64,000 nucleotides of DNA from Neoconidiobolus thromboides FSU 785 (taxonomy: Eukaryota; Fungi; Entomophthoromycota), in assembly GCA_025603075.1 (NCBI GenBank), contig MU626271.1, positions 1-64,000 on the forward strand. The letters run 5' to 3'. Each line of letters opens with the position of its first letter. Within the stretch, counting starts at the first letter, position 1. Below, piece by piece: positions 63,160 through 64,000 of this stretch. The position numbers and the translations under genes were made by a program. The notes below the pieces were generated by a model. That model saw only the letters and a program-made list of their open reading frames with translations, did no database searches and was not told the origin of the DNA.

Positions 63160-63715
63160 TCACCACCTTATACGATGGACGCACCAGCCGGTAGGGTTAT
63201 TTGCTAAATAGTCTTGATGATATTCCTCAGCTAAATAAAATACTGTTGCTGGATTAAACTCTGTTATAATTGGGTTTTCAAATTTTGATTGAACTATGTC
63301 TTTAACTTTTAAAGACGTTTCTAATTGCTCTTGGCTATGGTAAAAAATAGCTGATCTATATTGTGTTCCTTCATCCTCCTCTTGTCTAATGACATATTAT
63401 AAATTTCTCAAATAAAGTAAAAAATAATATGGATAATTACCTATTAATCGTTGTAGGATCATGAATCCTCCAAAAAAAGTAAACTAAATCATAATAACTA
63501 AGCTCTTTAGGATCAAACTGAATTTCAATAGCTTCTGCATGCCCTGTTTCTCCAAGTTTTACTTCTGGATATTTTGGATCAATTAATTTACCCCCAGTGA
63601 AACCAACCTTAATGGATTTTAATTTATCCCCAAATTCTTTACGAAAATAGTATTCCATTCCCCAGAAACATCCTCCCGCTAAAGTGGCTACCTCTAAGTT
63701 AGTTTCTAAAGTCAT
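63160..63715 (-). CDS. MSRA: Peptide methionine sulfoxide reductase A
   Basis: GGCFWG, GHAE, HDPTT, GTQYRSAIF and AEEYHQDYL; one intron. Confidence 0.96.
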
Positions 63716-64000
63716 TTAATTTATCTCTGTCAATAATATGCTTTAGATGTCTTTTTCACTTTATTTATAGTCTCTCTAAATCTATATTATTAATTTATAG
63801 TTTAGTCAGCATCCGATGATTATTTTTTTATTGAAATGGTGCAATCGATAGTTAAAATCAACTCATCCTGAATACAGATGATATAATTAAGGGATAAGTT
63901 ATTATTTCTAATCCCTAATCAAACTTATTTATTTTATAGTGTAAATCTTTCAAAATTAATATTACAACTTCATAATGAATTTGTATTAAAACTAAATAAA

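Noticed and set aside
63139-63162. TGA readthrough or selenocysteine at the MsrA C-terminus
   Set aside because: The extension (DNELTN) creates no targeting signal, the catalytic residue is Cys, and no SECIS is evident.

Overview
Very AT-rich eukaryotic DNA with short (about 40-110 nt) GT-AG introns. The gene content points to an early-diverging fungus; Entomophthorales (Conidiobolus-like) is my inference and is not proven. Dense islands of conserved genes alternate with long AT-rich spacers. Conserved genes: subtilisin, OTU2, acyl-CoA oxidase, fungal TF, kinesin-10, MET2, U11/U12-35K, a LYR protein, SmD1, RFT1, ILV2, NBP2, DUF2015, VTA1, BBOX-like dioxygenase, VPS53, FNIP, YRA1, SLC35F, FHIT, COA4 and MsrA. 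The spacers hold about 14 copies of a ~98-bp MITE with 4-bp target duplications, one TA-flanked MITE, two pogo/CENP-B-derived DNA-binding genes lacking a DDE domain, and a lipase pseudogene. Main signals: a minor-spliceosome protein gene, the MITE family together with the domesticated CENP-B-like pair, a 5-nt microexon in FHIT, a possible in-frame FHIT-SLC35F splice fusion, a PTS2-like signal on acyl-CoA oxidase, twin CYS3/MetR-type sites before MET2, and a perfect Gcn4 site before ILV2. All exon structures were reconstructed by hand, and no database searches were run.
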